NCBI GenBank assembly: GCA_963749705.1
Contig: CAVVNQ010000015.1
Location: 288,001 to 352,000, forward strand
Length of the DNA: 64,000 nt
Direction of reading: 5' to 3'
Source of the DNA: an uncultured Chloroflexia bacterium
GTDB taxonomy: Bacteria; Chloroflexota; Limnocylindria; Limnocylindrales; CSP1-4
Every line of letters begins with the position of its first letter. Position 1 is the first letter of the stretch. A program made the translations under genes and the position numbers. The notes under the pieces are model-generated. The model searched no databases. It saw only the letters and a program-made list of their open reading frames with translations, and was not told the DNA's origin. This document shows positions 12,425 to 21,616 of the stretch, one piece after another.

Positions 12425-14116
12425 TTACGCGGCGCGCTCGTCGACCCCGAGCTCGACGGGATCAAACGCCTCGAGCAGGAACCGGGACGGCGCGTCGGGG
12501 TCGTACAGCAGCGTCAGGGACCGACGGGCGCGCGTCCAGGCGACATAGGCGAGCCGGCGCTCCTCTTCGAGCGCTCGCTCCGGCTCGGTTGCGTCCGACA
12601 CGGACCGGCGACCCGGAAAGCCGTCGGCGAGCACGGCGACATGGTCCCACTCCAGGCCCTTCGTTCCGTGCGCGGTCGCGAGCGTGAGCCGCGCGTCGTC
12701 ACGGCGGAGCGCGGCGAGCAGCTGCCGCCGCCGGTCGATGGCCGCACGGAGGCTGGTCAGCGTTGGCGCCCCGGCGGCCCATCCGAGCAGCGCGGTGGCG
12801 AGCTCGGGCATGGTCGGTGCCTCGTCACGTGCCGCGCCGGCGGCTGCGTCGTCGGCCGGGTCGCGGAGGGCTCGCCTGACCTCGCCGAGCGCCACCAGCA
12901 GGGGCGTCCCGGGCCACTCCGCAAGCCGGGCGGCTGCCAGCGCCAGGAGGCCCTCGAGACGCGGATCGTCGATGGCGAGCGGAAGGTCGGGGGCCCGGAA
13001 CGGCAGGCCCAGCTCCACCGCGGCGATGATTCCCGGGAGCAGGTCGCGGTTCGTGCGCGCGAGGACCGCGCGGGTCGTGTCATCGGCGGGCCAGGAGCGC
13101 ATCACGCGGACGATCCGGGGCAGCTCGTCGGACGGATCCGGGGCCAGCACCAGCCGCCCGGCCGCACCGCGCCGCGCCACGATCCGCTTGGCGAACCGCT
13201 CCCGGTTGTGCTCCACCAGCCGAACGGCCCGATCGACCACCGGCGCCGGACATCGGTAGTTGGTCTCGAGGTCGATCCGCCGAAGCCCCGGCAGCTGGGC
13301 CGCAAGTCCCAGCACCCGGCGCACGTCCGCCAGCCGCCAGCCGTAGATCGTCTGGTCATCGTCGCCCACGGCGAACAGGTTGTTGCCCGGCGCGGCCAGC
13401 AGCAGGGCCAGCTCCAGCTGGGTCCGGTCCAGGTCCTGGGCCTCGTCCACGAGCAGCGTCGACGCACGTGACCGCCAGCGGGCGAGAAGGTCGGGGTCCG
13501 CCTGCAGCTTCCCCAGCGCCCGGACCACGAGATCGTCGAAGTCGACACCGCCTGACGCGGCGACGGCGTGCTCGTAGGCGATGAACGCACGCGCGACAGG
13601 ACCGGGGGCCGGATCCGCCGCGATGTCGTCCGCCGAGACGCGCAGGTCGAGCTTGAGCCGCGAGAACGCCAGGTCCAGCCGGCCCCGGTCTGCCGCCGAC
13701 GCGTCCGGGAAGAGGTCGCGGAGCACCTCGTCGCGATCCAGCAGCGGATCGACCGCCACGCCCGCGTCGATCAGGATCTCGCGACCCAGGGCATGAAAGG
13801 TCCGGACGCGCACCGATCCCGCCGGCGTGCCCAGCGGCTCGAGGGCGGCGTCCAGGCGAGCGCCCAGCTCCTCGGCCGCCCGCTTGTTGAACGCGACGAT
13901 GGTCACCGCGCCCGGGTCCGCGCCGCCGTCCACCAACCACGCGACACGGGCCACCAGCGTCGTCGTCTTGCCCGACCCGGCGGGCGCGACACACAGGACG
14001 GGACCCGGCGGCGCCGTCGCGGCCGCGCGCTGGTCCGGGGCGAGCCGCGCGAGCCGCTCGGCAACCGTCGGGTGCAGCGTTCGAGGGCCCGGTGCGGGCG
14101 GGGCGGCCTGGTGCAT
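12425..14116 (-). CDS. UvrD/Rep/PcrA-family ATP-dependent helicase, compact form
   Basis: APAGSGKT, DEAQD, GDDDQTIYGWR, NYR, TAHGTKGLEW, EERRLAYVAWTRAR motifs. Confidence 0.93.
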   Translation of the reverse strand: MHQAAPPAPGPRTLHPTVAERLARLAPDQRAAATAPPGPVLCVAPAGSGKTTTLVARVAWLVDGGADPGAVTIVAFNKRAAEELGARLDAALEPLGTPAGSVRVRTFHALGREILIDAGVAVDPLLDRDEVLRDLFPDASAADRGRLDLAFSRLKLDLRVSADDIAADPAPGPVARAFIAYEHAVAASGGVDFDDLVVRALGKLQADPDLLARWRSRASTLLVDEAQDLDRTQLELALLLAAPGNNLFAVGDDDQTIYGWRLADVRRVLGLAAQLPGLRRIDLETNYRCPAPVVDRAVRLVEHNRERFAKRIVARRGAAGRLVLAPDPSDELPRIVRVMRSWPADDTTRAVLARTNRDLLPGIIAAVELGLPFRAPDLPLAIDDPRLEGLLALAAARLAEWPGTPLLVALGEVRRALRDPADDAAAGAARDEAPTMPELATALLGWAAGAPTLTSLRAAIDRRRQLLAALRRDDARLTLATAHGTKGLEWDHVAVLADGFPGRRSVSDATEPERALEEERRLAYVAWTRARRSLTLLYDPDAPSRFLLEAFDPVELGVDERAA

Positions 14117-14496
14117 CGGGGCCCAGTGTGGTGACGGCCCATCACCGCGGGATTACCGGTGGCATCCGCCCAAACCGGGCGCAGGACCACCGTGGCGGGC
14201 CTTCGGCATCTGCGGATCGCGGTCCCAAGGTGGTGCGTTTGGTCAACGGCGGCCCGATTTGGGGTTCCCTCGGGCGCCGCCGGCGACTACCATGCACCCC
14301 TCACAACCGCCCCTGTCCGACCATAGGAGGAAGCGACCAGGGCGTCCCGCGAGGACGCTCCGGCTGAGGAAAACCTGAGCGCGTTGTCCGAGCGGCCGAC
14401 CGTGCGTGCGCATCCGTCCCGTGCGCGCCCGCACCTACCGCCCTCGCTGCGTCACCCCATCGACCACGTGTGCCCCGTCCGTCGAGGAGGTCCTTC

Positions 14497-17400
14497 ATGC
14501 ACCGCTCCGCACCTGCCAGGCTCGTGTTCCTGGCCACCGTCATCGCCCTGCTGGCGTCGCTGGTCGCCGCGCCCGTCAGCGCAACGCCGAAGGCGGGCAA
14601 GGGTCAGCCATCGACCACGGCGGTGCTGTTCGCATCCGACGGCATCCGCCAGGATCTGGTCGCCAAGTACGCGGCCCAGGGCGTGATGCCGACCATGGGC
14701 TCGTTCCTCAAGAACGGGGCCTCGGCATCGGGCAACGGCCTGCTCACCGAGGCGCCGCCCAACACCGGCGCCGGCTGGTACAGCCTGGCCACGGGTGCTT
14801 GGCCCGGCGTGACCGGCTCGACCAACAACACGTTCCATATCAACGGCACCGACTTCTCGCGAAGCACCTCGGCATTCGCCCCCGGGATCCTCCAGGCCGA
14901 GACCATCGCCCAGAGCGCCGAGCGCGGCGGCCTCAAGGTCGCCCAGGTCGAATGGGATGGCGGCGCCAACGCCACGATCGACGGACCCACGATCGACTAT
15001 CGATCGTTCTTCTCGGGCCGTGGTGTGGCGACCAACTTCATCGGCAGCGCCGGTGACGTGCTGTTCGACGATCCCGCGTTCATCGCCGCCTTCGGCCTCC
15101 AGTTCGACACGCCCGGCGGCTACGCGGGTCAGCCCTCCTACACGGGCGCCGATCCGGTGGACGCGACCGGTTGGACCAACGTCCCCACGTCGTACAGCCC
15201 GGCCAAGGAGATGCACCTGCGGGTGCTTGACTTCGGCACGGACAAGTACGGCCTCGATGCCTATATCTTCAATTCCACGAACGACGCCACCACCAACTAC
15301 GACGAGGTCCTGTTCTCGCGCTCCAAGAACGGGAATGACAGCGTCGGCACGCTTGCCCAGGGCCAGTGGGCGGACGTCAAGGTCACGATCCAGGGCGGTT
15401 CGCTCGACGGCAAGACCGCGGGCATGCTGGTCAAGGTCGAGACGCTCTCACCGGACCTGTCCCGCGTCCGCCTGTTCCACACCTCGGTCGCGCGTGCCAA
15501 CGCGACCTGGCCGAGCTGGGGCGGTGAGACCGGCTTCAGCGGCGACTTCGGCGAGTATGTCGCCCAGAAGTTCCCCACCTCGACGGCGGCCGACTTCGCA
15601 ATCCTCGAAGCCGGCGTGACCAGCGAGGAGACGTACGTCGAGCAGGGCCTGTACTGGTCGACCGGCATGGAGCCGATCCTCCGGTACGTCATGAACACCT
15701 ATCACCCGGACCTGCTCATGGCCGGCGTGCCGACGACCGACGAGTTCAGCCACCAGTTCATGGGTCTCGTCTCGCCGAAGCTCCCCAACGGCGACGCCAA
15801 CCCCGCCTACGACGACGTCAACCTCGATGGCGTCAAGGACAACCGCGTCGCGCAGCGCGAGGGGTTCATCAGGGCCGCCTACATGGAGGCGGACCGGATG
15901 CTCACGCTGTCGCGCAACCTTGCCGGTGGCAACCCGGTGACGTTCGTGACGTCGGACCACGGGTTCGCGCCCCAGTTCCTGGCCATCGACGCGAGCCTGC
16001 CGCTCGTCCAGATGGGCCTGCTGTCCAAGCCCCAGACCTCGAACTGCCGCACGGCGGCGGGCGAGACGATCGGCAAGGCGAAGGCGTGCTGGGCCGGCGG
16101 GGCGCTCCAGGTCTACCTCAACGTCGCCGGTCGCGACCCGGCCTCGAGCTTCCAGCAGGTGCCCGCGGCTGACGTCGACGCGACCGTCGCGGCGATCAAG
16201 GCCGCTTACCTCGGCATCACCGACACCAACGACTGGACGCATGACGGCAAGCCCGAGGGCTGGAAGGTCATCGACCGCGCATACACCAAGGCGGAGGCGC
16301 GGTACATCCCCAACGGTCCGGGCAGCACGGCCGACATGGCCAACCCCACCCGAACCGGCGACCTCGTCGTGTTCTCGTACCCGCCGTACCAGTTCGACGC
16401 CGAGACGCCGGGCACGCTGATCGCACCGTCCCACTTCTTCGGCCAGCACGGCTACGTCCCCGACGTTCAGAACCTCGCGGCCAACGTCAACATGCGGGCA
16501 ACCTTCCTCGCCGGCGGTCCCGGGATCGCCAAGGGGCAGGTCACGGCTCGCACCATCGACCTCGCGCCCACGATGGCATTCCTGCTCGGGATCCCCGAGC
16601 CGCAGCAGAGCGAAGGCCGCGTCCTGACCGAGATCGTCAAGGGCGGCCCCTCGATCAAGCCCATCTCGATCGTCGGCCTCACCGACTTCCACGGCCAGCT
16701 CGACCCGAGCTCGCTCACCTTTGACGGGATCAACACGAGCGTCGGCGGGGCGGCCTACCTCGCAACGATGTTCGACGAGGAGTTCGCATCCCTGCCGGGT
16801 CCCGGGCTGCTCCTGGCGTCCGGTGACAACGTGGGCGCCTCGCCCGCCAACTCCGGCCTTCTCCAGGACACGCCGGCAATCGACGTCGAGAACGCGTGGG
16901 GGCTGGACGCCACGTCCTACGGCAACCACGAGTTCGACTACGGCGTGGACCGCCTCCTGATGCACCAGGCACGAGCGCAGTTCCCGTTCCTGGCTACCAA
17001 CATCGTCGACAGCGCAACGGGCAAGCGGCCTCCCTGGGTCCAGCCGTCCAAGGTGTTCGTGATCAACGGGGTCAAGGTCGGCGTGATCGGCGCCGAGCTG
17101 AGCAGCACGCCCGAGCTGGTCTCGGCGGGCGCGACCGCGGGCCTCTCCTTCCTCGATGAGGGTCCGCGCATCAAGGCCGAATCCGAACGCTTGCGCAAGC
17201 TGGGCGTCAAGGTTCAGGTCGTGGTCATCCACCAGGGCACCGCGACCGGCCTCAACCCGACCGGGAACGCGCCCGGCGTGCCGTGGGACGGCCCGATCCT
17301 CGCGATCGCGGACCAGCTCCAGGACACCACCGTGGACGCGATGCTCGTCGGCCACACCCACCGGATCTCGAACCTCCAGTACGGGAAGTTCCCGATCCTC

Positions 17401-18204
17401 GAGGGTTACAACGCCGGCATGAGCTATTCCGTGCTCCAGATGATGGTCAAGGGCGGTGACGTGATCTGGGCCGGCGGCGCGACGCGCGTCGCCAAGAACC
17501 TGGGCGTCGCCGCGAGGGCCGACGTCAAGGCGATCGTCGACGATGCCAACGCCCAGACTGCGGTGCTCCGCAACCAGGTGATCGGCACCCAGCAGTTCGA
17601 CATCAAGCGCGCGCCAACCCGGCTGTTCGAATCCGCGATGGGCAACCTGGTCACCGACGCGATGCGCGTCAAGTACCCGGGCGTCGATGCCGCGTACACG
17701 AACTCGGGCGGTCTTCGCCAGGACCTGCTGTTCTCGCCGCCGACGGCGGGCGAGCAGCCGGGCGAGATCACCTGGGGTGAGATGTTCTCGGTACTGCCGT
17801 TCGGCAACCGGACGGTGATCCTGACCCTGACAGGCGCGCAGCTCGAGCAGGCGTTCATCAACGGGTTCACGCCGTTCTGCAACTCAGCCATCTCCACCGG
17901 ACGATTCCCGCAGGTGTCCGGTCTCAAGGTCACCTTCAGCTGCAGTGGGACCACGCCCGTCGTCACGGGCATGTGGAAGACCCCGAACGGCATCGCCGGA
18001 CCGGCGGAGCCGATCGGACCCACGGACAGCGTTCGCTTCGTCACCAATGACTTCATGCTCACCGGCGGCGACGGCTACACCGTGTTCGCCCAGGGCACCA
18101 ACATCCAGAACCCGGGTGACGACCTGCTCCAGGTCGCCATCGACTACGTCAGCGCCAACTCGCCGGTCGGCCCCGTCGTGGAAGGCCGGATCGTCGGTCC
18201 CTGA
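14497..18204 (+). CDS. Secreted alkaline-phosphatase-superfamily phosphodiesterase fused to 5'-nucleotidase
   Basis: Signal peptide; ASDG, PPNT, SDHG, GQHG (NPP-type); then TDFHG, SGDNV, GNHEFD, GHTH and NSGGLR/LPFGN/GGDGY (5'-nucleotidase); GAGGAGG RBS before ATG 14497. Confidence 0.9.
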   Translation: MHRSAPARLVFLATVIALLASLVAAPVSATPKAGKGQPSTTAVLFASDGIRQDLVAKYAAQGVMPTMGSFLKNGASASGNGLLTEAPPNTGAGWYSLATGAWPGVTGSTNNTFHINGTDFSRSTSAFAPGILQAETIAQSAERGGLKVAQVEWDGGANATIDGPTIDYRSFFSGRGVATNFIGSAGDVLFDDPAFIAAFGLQFDTPGGYAGQPSYTGADPVDATGWTNVPTSYSPAKEMHLRVLDFGTDKYGLDAYIFNSTNDATTNYDEVLFSRSKNGNDSVGTLAQGQWADVKVTIQGGSLDGKTAGMLVKVETLSPDLSRVRLFHTSVARANATWPSWGGETGFSGDFGEYVAQKFPTSTAADFAILEAGVTSEETYVEQGLYWSTGMEPILRYVMNTYHPDLLMAGVPTTDEFSHQFMGLVSPKLPNGDANPAYDDVNLDGVKDNRVAQREGFIRAAYMEADRMLTLSRNLAGGNPVTFVTSDHGFAPQFLAIDASLPLVQMGLLSKPQTSNCRTAAGETIGKAKACWAGGALQVYLNVAGRDPASSFQQVPAADVDATVAAIKAAYLGITDTNDWTHDGKPEGWKVIDRAYTKAEARYIPNGPGSTADMANPTRTGDLVVFSYPPYQFDAETPGTLIAPSHFFGQHGYVPDVQNLAANVNMRATFLAGGPGIAKGQVTARTIDLAPTMAFLLGIPEPQQSEGRVLTEIVKGGPSIKPISIVGLTDFHGQLDPSSLTFDGINTSVGGAAYLATMFDEEFASLPGPGLLLASGDNVGASPANSGLLQDTPAIDVENAWGLDATSYGNHEFDYGVDRLLMHQARAQFPFLATNIVDSATGKRPPWVQPSKVFVINGVKVGVIGAELSSTPELVSAGATAGLSFLDEGPRIKAESERLRKLGVKVQVVVIHQGTATGLNPTGNAPGVPWDGPILAIADQLQDTTVDAMLVGHTHRISNLQYGKFPILEGYNAGMSYSVLQMMVKGGDVIWAGGATRVAKNLGVAARADVKAIVDDANAQTAVLRNQVIGTQQFDIKRAPTRLFESAMGNLVTDAMRVKYPGVDAAYTNSGGLRQDLLFSPPTAGEQPGEITWGEMFSVLPFGNRTVILTLTGAQLEQAFINGFTPFCNSAISTGRFPQVSGLKVTFSCSGTTPVVTGMWKTPNGIAGPAEPIGPTDSVRFVTNDFMLTGGDGYTVFAQGTNIQNPGDDLLQVAIDYVSANSPVGPVVEGRIVGP

Positions 18205-18225
18205 CCCCGACGGCTGGGAACGAAC

Positions 18226-18258
18226 GAAGGGCCGGCCCGGTGGCCGGCCCTTCCGTTT
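18226..18258 (+). terminator. Intrinsic terminator after the nucleotidase gene
   Basis: GAAGGGCCGGCC-CGGT-GGCCGGCCCTTC followed by CGTTT. Confidence 0.8.
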
Positions 18259-18424
18259 GCGCGGCAGACGGGTGCCGCCGTTGATCAGTGGCACCGGTAC
18301 GGACGGGCGGCGCAGCCGCGCACCAACAGGGACGACGGGCCCATTTCGCCTCGGCCCTGCCTCGGCGACGCTCCTTGCACCGCGAACCGGGTACGGAATC
18401 TGAGCGGCGACGATGGAGGTCCGA

Positions 18425-19591
18425 ATGCAACCCCGAAACTTCCGCCGCGCCGCCGCGCTGGCCGCGGTGCTGTGCCTGGTCGTGTCGGCGATGGCGTTCG
18501 CGGACACCGTGGCCGCCGATGGCGACGCGGTGACGCCGGGCATCCAGGGCACCGCGTATCTCGGCGAGGTCACGCCGGGCGGAACCGTGGAGGTCGACGT
18601 CCCGTTCACGCTTGCCTGCAAGGACACGTCGCACGTCGGGCCTGGCTCCACCATCGCCGTCGTCCCCGGAACCACGGTCGCGCCGGCCGGCGGCGCGGTG
18701 AGCGCCACGGCGGGCAGCATCGGTCCGGTTCCCCTCGACTGGCCCGCGGCCGGCGCCTCCTGTCCCGCCGCCGGTTCGCCGACGCTGGCCTCGTCATCGC
18801 CCTCGCACGTCACGCTGACCGCGCCGACGGCCGTGGGGACCGGCTACGGCTACACGATCCTGTTCGCGCGCGACCCGTCGATCGGGACGACCGGCTTCAC
18901 CTCGGTGACGCTCACGCTCGACGTCGTCGAGCCTCCCGCGGCCGACACCACGCCGCCCGAGCTGTCCGGAGTCCCGGCTGACATCGCGGTCGAGGCGACC
19001 AGCGCCGCGGGTGCCACCGTCTCATGGACGGACCCGACGGCCGTCGACGACACGGATCCCGTCCCGGTCGTCGCCTGCGACCCGGCAGCCGGATCCATGT
19101 TCCCCGTCGGCACCACGACCGTCACCTGCACGGCGAGCGATGCGTCGGGCAACACCGCCAGCGCGACGTTCGACGTCACGGTCACGTCCCCGGCGCACGC
19201 GATGCGCGTCTCGTGGTCGGCGCCGCTGGCCGGCGACGGCGAGCTCGTGATCCAGCCCAACGGCAGGACGGTCCCGGTGGCGGTCCAGGTCACCGTCGAC
19301 GGGTCGCTGCTCACCGCGGGGTCGGGCCACGTCCCGGCGCTTCGTCTCGATCGCATGCCGGCCTGCGACCCGCTCGCCGCGGCCACCGCGACCGTGTCCA
19401 CCGATCTCGGCGCCATGGCCTGGCAGGATGGGCGCTGGACGCTCCACGTCGATGCGCGCTCCCTTGCCGCCGGCTGCTGGACGCTGGTCGTGGTCGTGGA
19501 CGGCGCGGACGCGGGTGGGGCGATGCTGCGGGTCGTCGCGGATGCGCCGCCCGGACTCGCGCCGACGGGTCCGGCAAAGCGGGCGCGCTGA
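18425..19591 (+). CDS. Secreted HYR-domain protein
   Basis: Signal peptide ending AFA; DTTPPEL...FPVGTTTVTCTASDASGNTASATFDVTV HYR signature; GGAGG before ATG 18425. Confidence 0.85.
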   Translation: MQPRNFRRAAALAAVLCLVVSAMAFADTVAADGDAVTPGIQGTAYLGEVTPGGTVEVDVPFTLACKDTSHVGPGSTIAVVPGTTVAPAGGAVSATAGSIGPVPLDWPAAGASCPAAGSPTLASSSPSHVTLTAPTAVGTGYGYTILFARDPSIGTTGFTSVTLTLDVVEPPAADTTPPELSGVPADIAVEATSAAGATVSWTDPTAVDDTDPVPVVACDPAAGSMFPVGTTTVTCTASDASGNTASATFDVTVTSPAHAMRVSWSAPLAGDGELVIQPNGRTVPVAVQVTVDGSLLTAGSGHVPALRLDRMPACDPLAAATATVSTDLGAMAWQDGRWTLHVDARSLAAGCWTLVVVVDGADAGGAMLRVVADAPPGLAPTGPAKRAR

Positions 19592-19666
19592 GGATCAGCG
19601 CACCCGACTGAGGGCTCGAGGGACGCGGCGGCCCGCGAATCGGCGCGCGTGCCGCACAATCGGGGG

Positions 19667-21517
19667 GTGACCCCGGAGCTCACCGCCACCCTCGCCAGCC
19701 TGCCCGACCGCCCCGGGGTGTACCTGATGAAGGACGCCCGGGGCGAGGTCCTGTACGTGGGCAAGGCACAGAGCCTGCGGCACCGGGTGCGCAGCTACTG
19801 GCAGCGCCAGGCGCCCGGTGGCGAGGCCCACCGGATCCGGCAGGCGATCGATCGGGTCGTGGACCTCGAGGTCACCGAGGTCGATTCGGTGTCCGAGGCG
19901 CTGCTGCTCGAGGCCAACCTGATCAAGCGGTTCCGGCCGCGGTTCAACGTGCGGCTCAAGGACGACAAGAGCTACCCGTACATCAAGATCACGCTCGCCG
20001 ACGACTTCCCCCGCATCGAGCGCACGCGCAAGCTGCCCAACGACGGCAGCCGCTACTTCGGGCCGTACGCGTCGGCCAGCAGCGTCGACGAGGCGATGAA
20101 CCTGGTCCGGCGGCTGTTCCCGTTTCGGACGTGCACCATCGACATCCGGGAAGGCACCCGCGCCCTCCAGCGGCCCTGCCTCCTGTACCACATCAAGCGC
20201 TGCCAGGGTCCATGCATCGAGGCGATCTCGAAGGCGGCGTACCGGCGCGACGTCGCCCAGGTGGAGCTGTTCCTCGAGGGCAACGCCGACGCCCTCGTCT
20301 CCGGGCTGCGCCACGAGATGGCCTTCGCCTCGGAGCAGCAGCAGTACGAGCGCGCGGCGTCGGTTCGCGACAAGATCCGCGCGATCGAGCGGACGATGGA
20401 GTCGCAGAAGATGGCCGCCTTCGCGCGCACCGAGCTGGATCTCGTCGCCATGGCCCGGCGCGACGACCAGGCGGCCGTCCAGCTGTTCGTCGTGCGCAAC
20501 GGCAAGATGCTCGGTCGCGACGTGTTCTTCCTCGACACGCCGCATGACGTGGCTGACGACGAGGTCCTCGAGAGCTTCCTCGAGCAGTACTACGCGCGGG
20601 CGACGAGCGTCCCCCGCGAGGTGCTCGTCCCGCGCGCGCTGGCCGACACGGCGGCCCTGGAGGCATTCCTGACCGCCAAGCGGGGCTCGCTGGTCCGGCT
20701 CCGGACCCCGCAGCGTGGCGAGAAGCGGGCGCTGATGGACCTCGCCGCCCGCAACGCGGCCGAGGCGCTCGCCCGCGAAGCGGCTCGCTGGCTGGCCGAC
20801 CAGGGCAAGACGCTGGGTGCGCTGGAGGAGCTGGCCACGGCGCTCGGCCTGGCCGGCCCGCCGATGCGCATCGAGTGCTACGACATCTCCAACTTCCAGG
20901 GTCGCGAATCGGTCGGCAGCATGGTCGTGTTCGAGGAGGGCAGGCCCCGGTCCGGCGAGTACCGCCGGTTCCGGATCCGGACCGTCGAGGGCGCCAACGA
21001 CGTCGCCAGCCACCAGGAGGTGCTGCGACGCCGGTTCCGGACCGCGAAGCGAGGGGAGGAGGGGATCGAGGAGGAACGCCGGTGGGCGATGCCCGACCTG
21101 GTCATCGTCGATGGCGGTCGGGCGCAGGTGAACGCGGCCAAGGTCGTGTTCGACGAGCTCGGCCTGGCCGATCTCCCGCTCGTCGGGCTGGCCAAGGAGC
21201 GCGAGGAGCTCGTCCTGCCGGACCGACCCGATCCGGTGGTGCTCCCCGTGACCTCGCAGGCGCTGTACCTGGTCCAGCGGCTGCGCGACGAGGCGCACCG
21301 GTTCGCGATCACCTACCACCGCAACCTGCGCGACCGGCGGACCACCCGATCGGCGTTCGACGACCTGCCGGGCGTGGGTCCCAAGCGCAAGCGCGAGCTG
21401 CTCAAGGTGTTCGGATCGGCGAAGCGGGTGCGCGAGGCGCCGGTCGAGCAGATCGCCGCCGTGCCCGGGATCAGCCGCGCGCTGGCGGAGCGGATCAAGG
21501 CCCATCTGGATGCCTGA
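19667..21517 (+). CDS. uvrC: Excinuclease ABC subunit C
   Basis: PGVYLMKD..LYVGKA GIY-YIG domain, RIECYDIS, PDLVIVDGG, RDEAHRFA, C-terminal HhH. Confidence 0.98.
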   Translation: MTPELTATLASLPDRPGVYLMKDARGEVLYVGKAQSLRHRVRSYWQRQAPGGEAHRIRQAIDRVVDLEVTEVDSVSEALLLEANLIKRFRPRFNVRLKDDKSYPYIKITLADDFPRIERTRKLPNDGSRYFGPYASASSVDEAMNLVRRLFPFRTCTIDIREGTRALQRPCLLYHIKRCQGPCIEAISKAAYRRDVAQVELFLEGNADALVSGLRHEMAFASEQQQYERAASVRDKIRAIERTMESQKMAAFARTELDLVAMARRDDQAAVQLFVVRNGKMLGRDVFFLDTPHDVADDEVLESFLEQYYARATSVPREVLVPRALADTAALEAFLTAKRGSLVRLRTPQRGEKRALMDLAARNAAEALAREAARWLADQGKTLGALEELATALGLAGPPMRIECYDISNFQGRESVGSMVVFEEGRPRSGEYRRFRIRTVEGANDVASHQEVLRRRFRTAKRGEEGIEEERRWAMPDLVIVDGGRAQVNAAKVVFDELGLADLPLVGLAKEREELVLPDRPDPVVLPVTSQALYLVQRLRDEAHRFAITYHRNLRDRRTTRSAFDDLPGVGPKRKRELLKVFGSAKRVREAPVEQIAAVPGISRALAERIKAHLDA

Positions 21518-21616
21518 CGGGACCCTCGCCGGAGGGTCGACCACCACTGTCGCGCGGTGCCGGCCGGTCGGGTTCGCTCCGCATGACTGGCCCGACCCCT
21601 GTATCATCCCGCCCCG

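Noticed and set aside
14364-14374. CTGAGGAAAA as a hammerhead ribozyme core
   Set aside because: No stem II between CUGANGA and GAAA and no matching cleavage-site helices
18329-18342. GGGACGACGGGCCC as a DosR/NarL-type box upstream of the HYR gene
   Set aside because: Single weak GC-rich match, expected by chance at this composition
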